Positions 63,128-64,000 of a stretch of 64,000 nucleotides of DNA are shown here, piece by piece; positions within the stretch are counted from its first letter, which is position 1, and every line of letters starts with the position of its first letter. The DNA is taken from assembly GCF_004010195.1 (NCBI RefSeq), contig NC_057719.1, positions 65,475,634-65,539,633 on the forward strand, given 5' to 3'. The DNA is from Chiloscyllium plagiosum (Eukaryota). The notes under the pieces were generated by a model that searched no databases, was not told the DNA's origin, and was given only the letters and a program-made list of their open reading frames with translations. The translations under genes and the position numbers were made by a program.

Positions 63128-63349
63128 GTCAGGAATGTTGCTTCATGTTGTGCAATCATTAGTAAACATCTCTACTTCTAACCTTATCACGGAGGGAAGC
63201 TCAATGATGAAGCAACTAAACATGGTTCGGCTGAAAACTCAGCTCTAAGGAACTGCATAATGTCAAGGTTGAAATTATTGGCTGCCAACAATTATAACCA
63301 TCTTCCTTGGTGCTAGGTTTGGGTAGAAAGGTCAGGTTGCTGTAATCAG

Positions 63350-63680
63350 GCTGCTATCTTATTAAAGAGAAACAACTGGTGGTGATTTAACATGAGGGTC
63401 ACCATGTCTTAGATAAGGAGAGAAGAGAGTTCTTCATGGTAACCTCAGATGGTGCAGGAATTGAACCTGTGCTGTTGGTATTACTCACATTGCAAACCAG
63501 CTGTCCAGACAACTGACCTAACTAACCCCCAGAAGTAAAGTCACTATAGTCCCAGAGGACTATGAAACTGCTGTCTTATTAGAGAGAGAGAGAGAGAGAG
63601 AGATGATGGTAAGTTTAACCTGAGGATCACAATGCCTGAGGTGAGGTTGGGCAGGTAGGACCTTCATACTAACCTCAGAC
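63350..63680 (-). mobile_element. Two tRNA-derived SINE (second family) pieces with an (AG)n tract at ~63581-63603
   Basis: ggaattgaacc (reverse B box); 'aaagtcactatagtcccagaggac' is the inverse of the 7132-7352 tail. Confidence 0.65.
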
Positions 63681-64000
63681 ATTATGGGTATCATCCCATC
63701 AGATGGAAACTTTTCCCTATTCCCATTGATTTCAATGTGACTGGGCTCAATATCTAGATATCAAAGGCAGTCAACTGTACTTCACATCTTGAGTTCAACT
63801 CCTCTGTTCAATGTTGTATTGGGGTCAAGAGCTGAATGTTCCCGACACAACCCAACTTAACATTTTTAACCAGCTTATTGTTGGGTAAGTACTGATGACA
63901 GCACTGTCAATGACATCCTACACCACTTTGTTGTTGATTGATGGTAGACTGATAGGGTGGGAAGTTGCCAGATTGGTTTGGTCCTACTTTTCATAGATTG

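Overview
Eukaryotic, AT-rich, repeat-dense window with no recognisable intact host protein-coding gene, most likely a long intron or intergenic region. The repeats point to a cartilaginous fish (shark): many decayed CR1-clade LINE fragments (HER1-like) and about 11 tRNA-derived HE1-like SINEs sharing their 3' tail. There are also older Deu/V-type SINE relics, an RTE fragment, two Harbinger-like Myb/SANT gene relics and a TA-flanked MITE. The most notable signal is more than 15 short Penelope-like (PLE) terminal elements. Most carry a recognisable, often decayed, minimal hammerhead ribozyme motif: stem I, CUGANGA, stem II, GAA, a palindromic helix III (ACGU/AGCU/AAGCUU), then H. The stems covary across at least five subfamilies. 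Many copies are fold-back palindromes, and several are flanked by 10-16 bp target-site duplications. Also seen: a 64-bp inverted copy of nearby DNA captured inside a SINE, an isolated 42-bp-stem hairpin, and several non-repetitive enhancer-like blocks. Repeat boundaries were read by eye and are approximate unless a TSD is given; family names come from recognition, not a database search.
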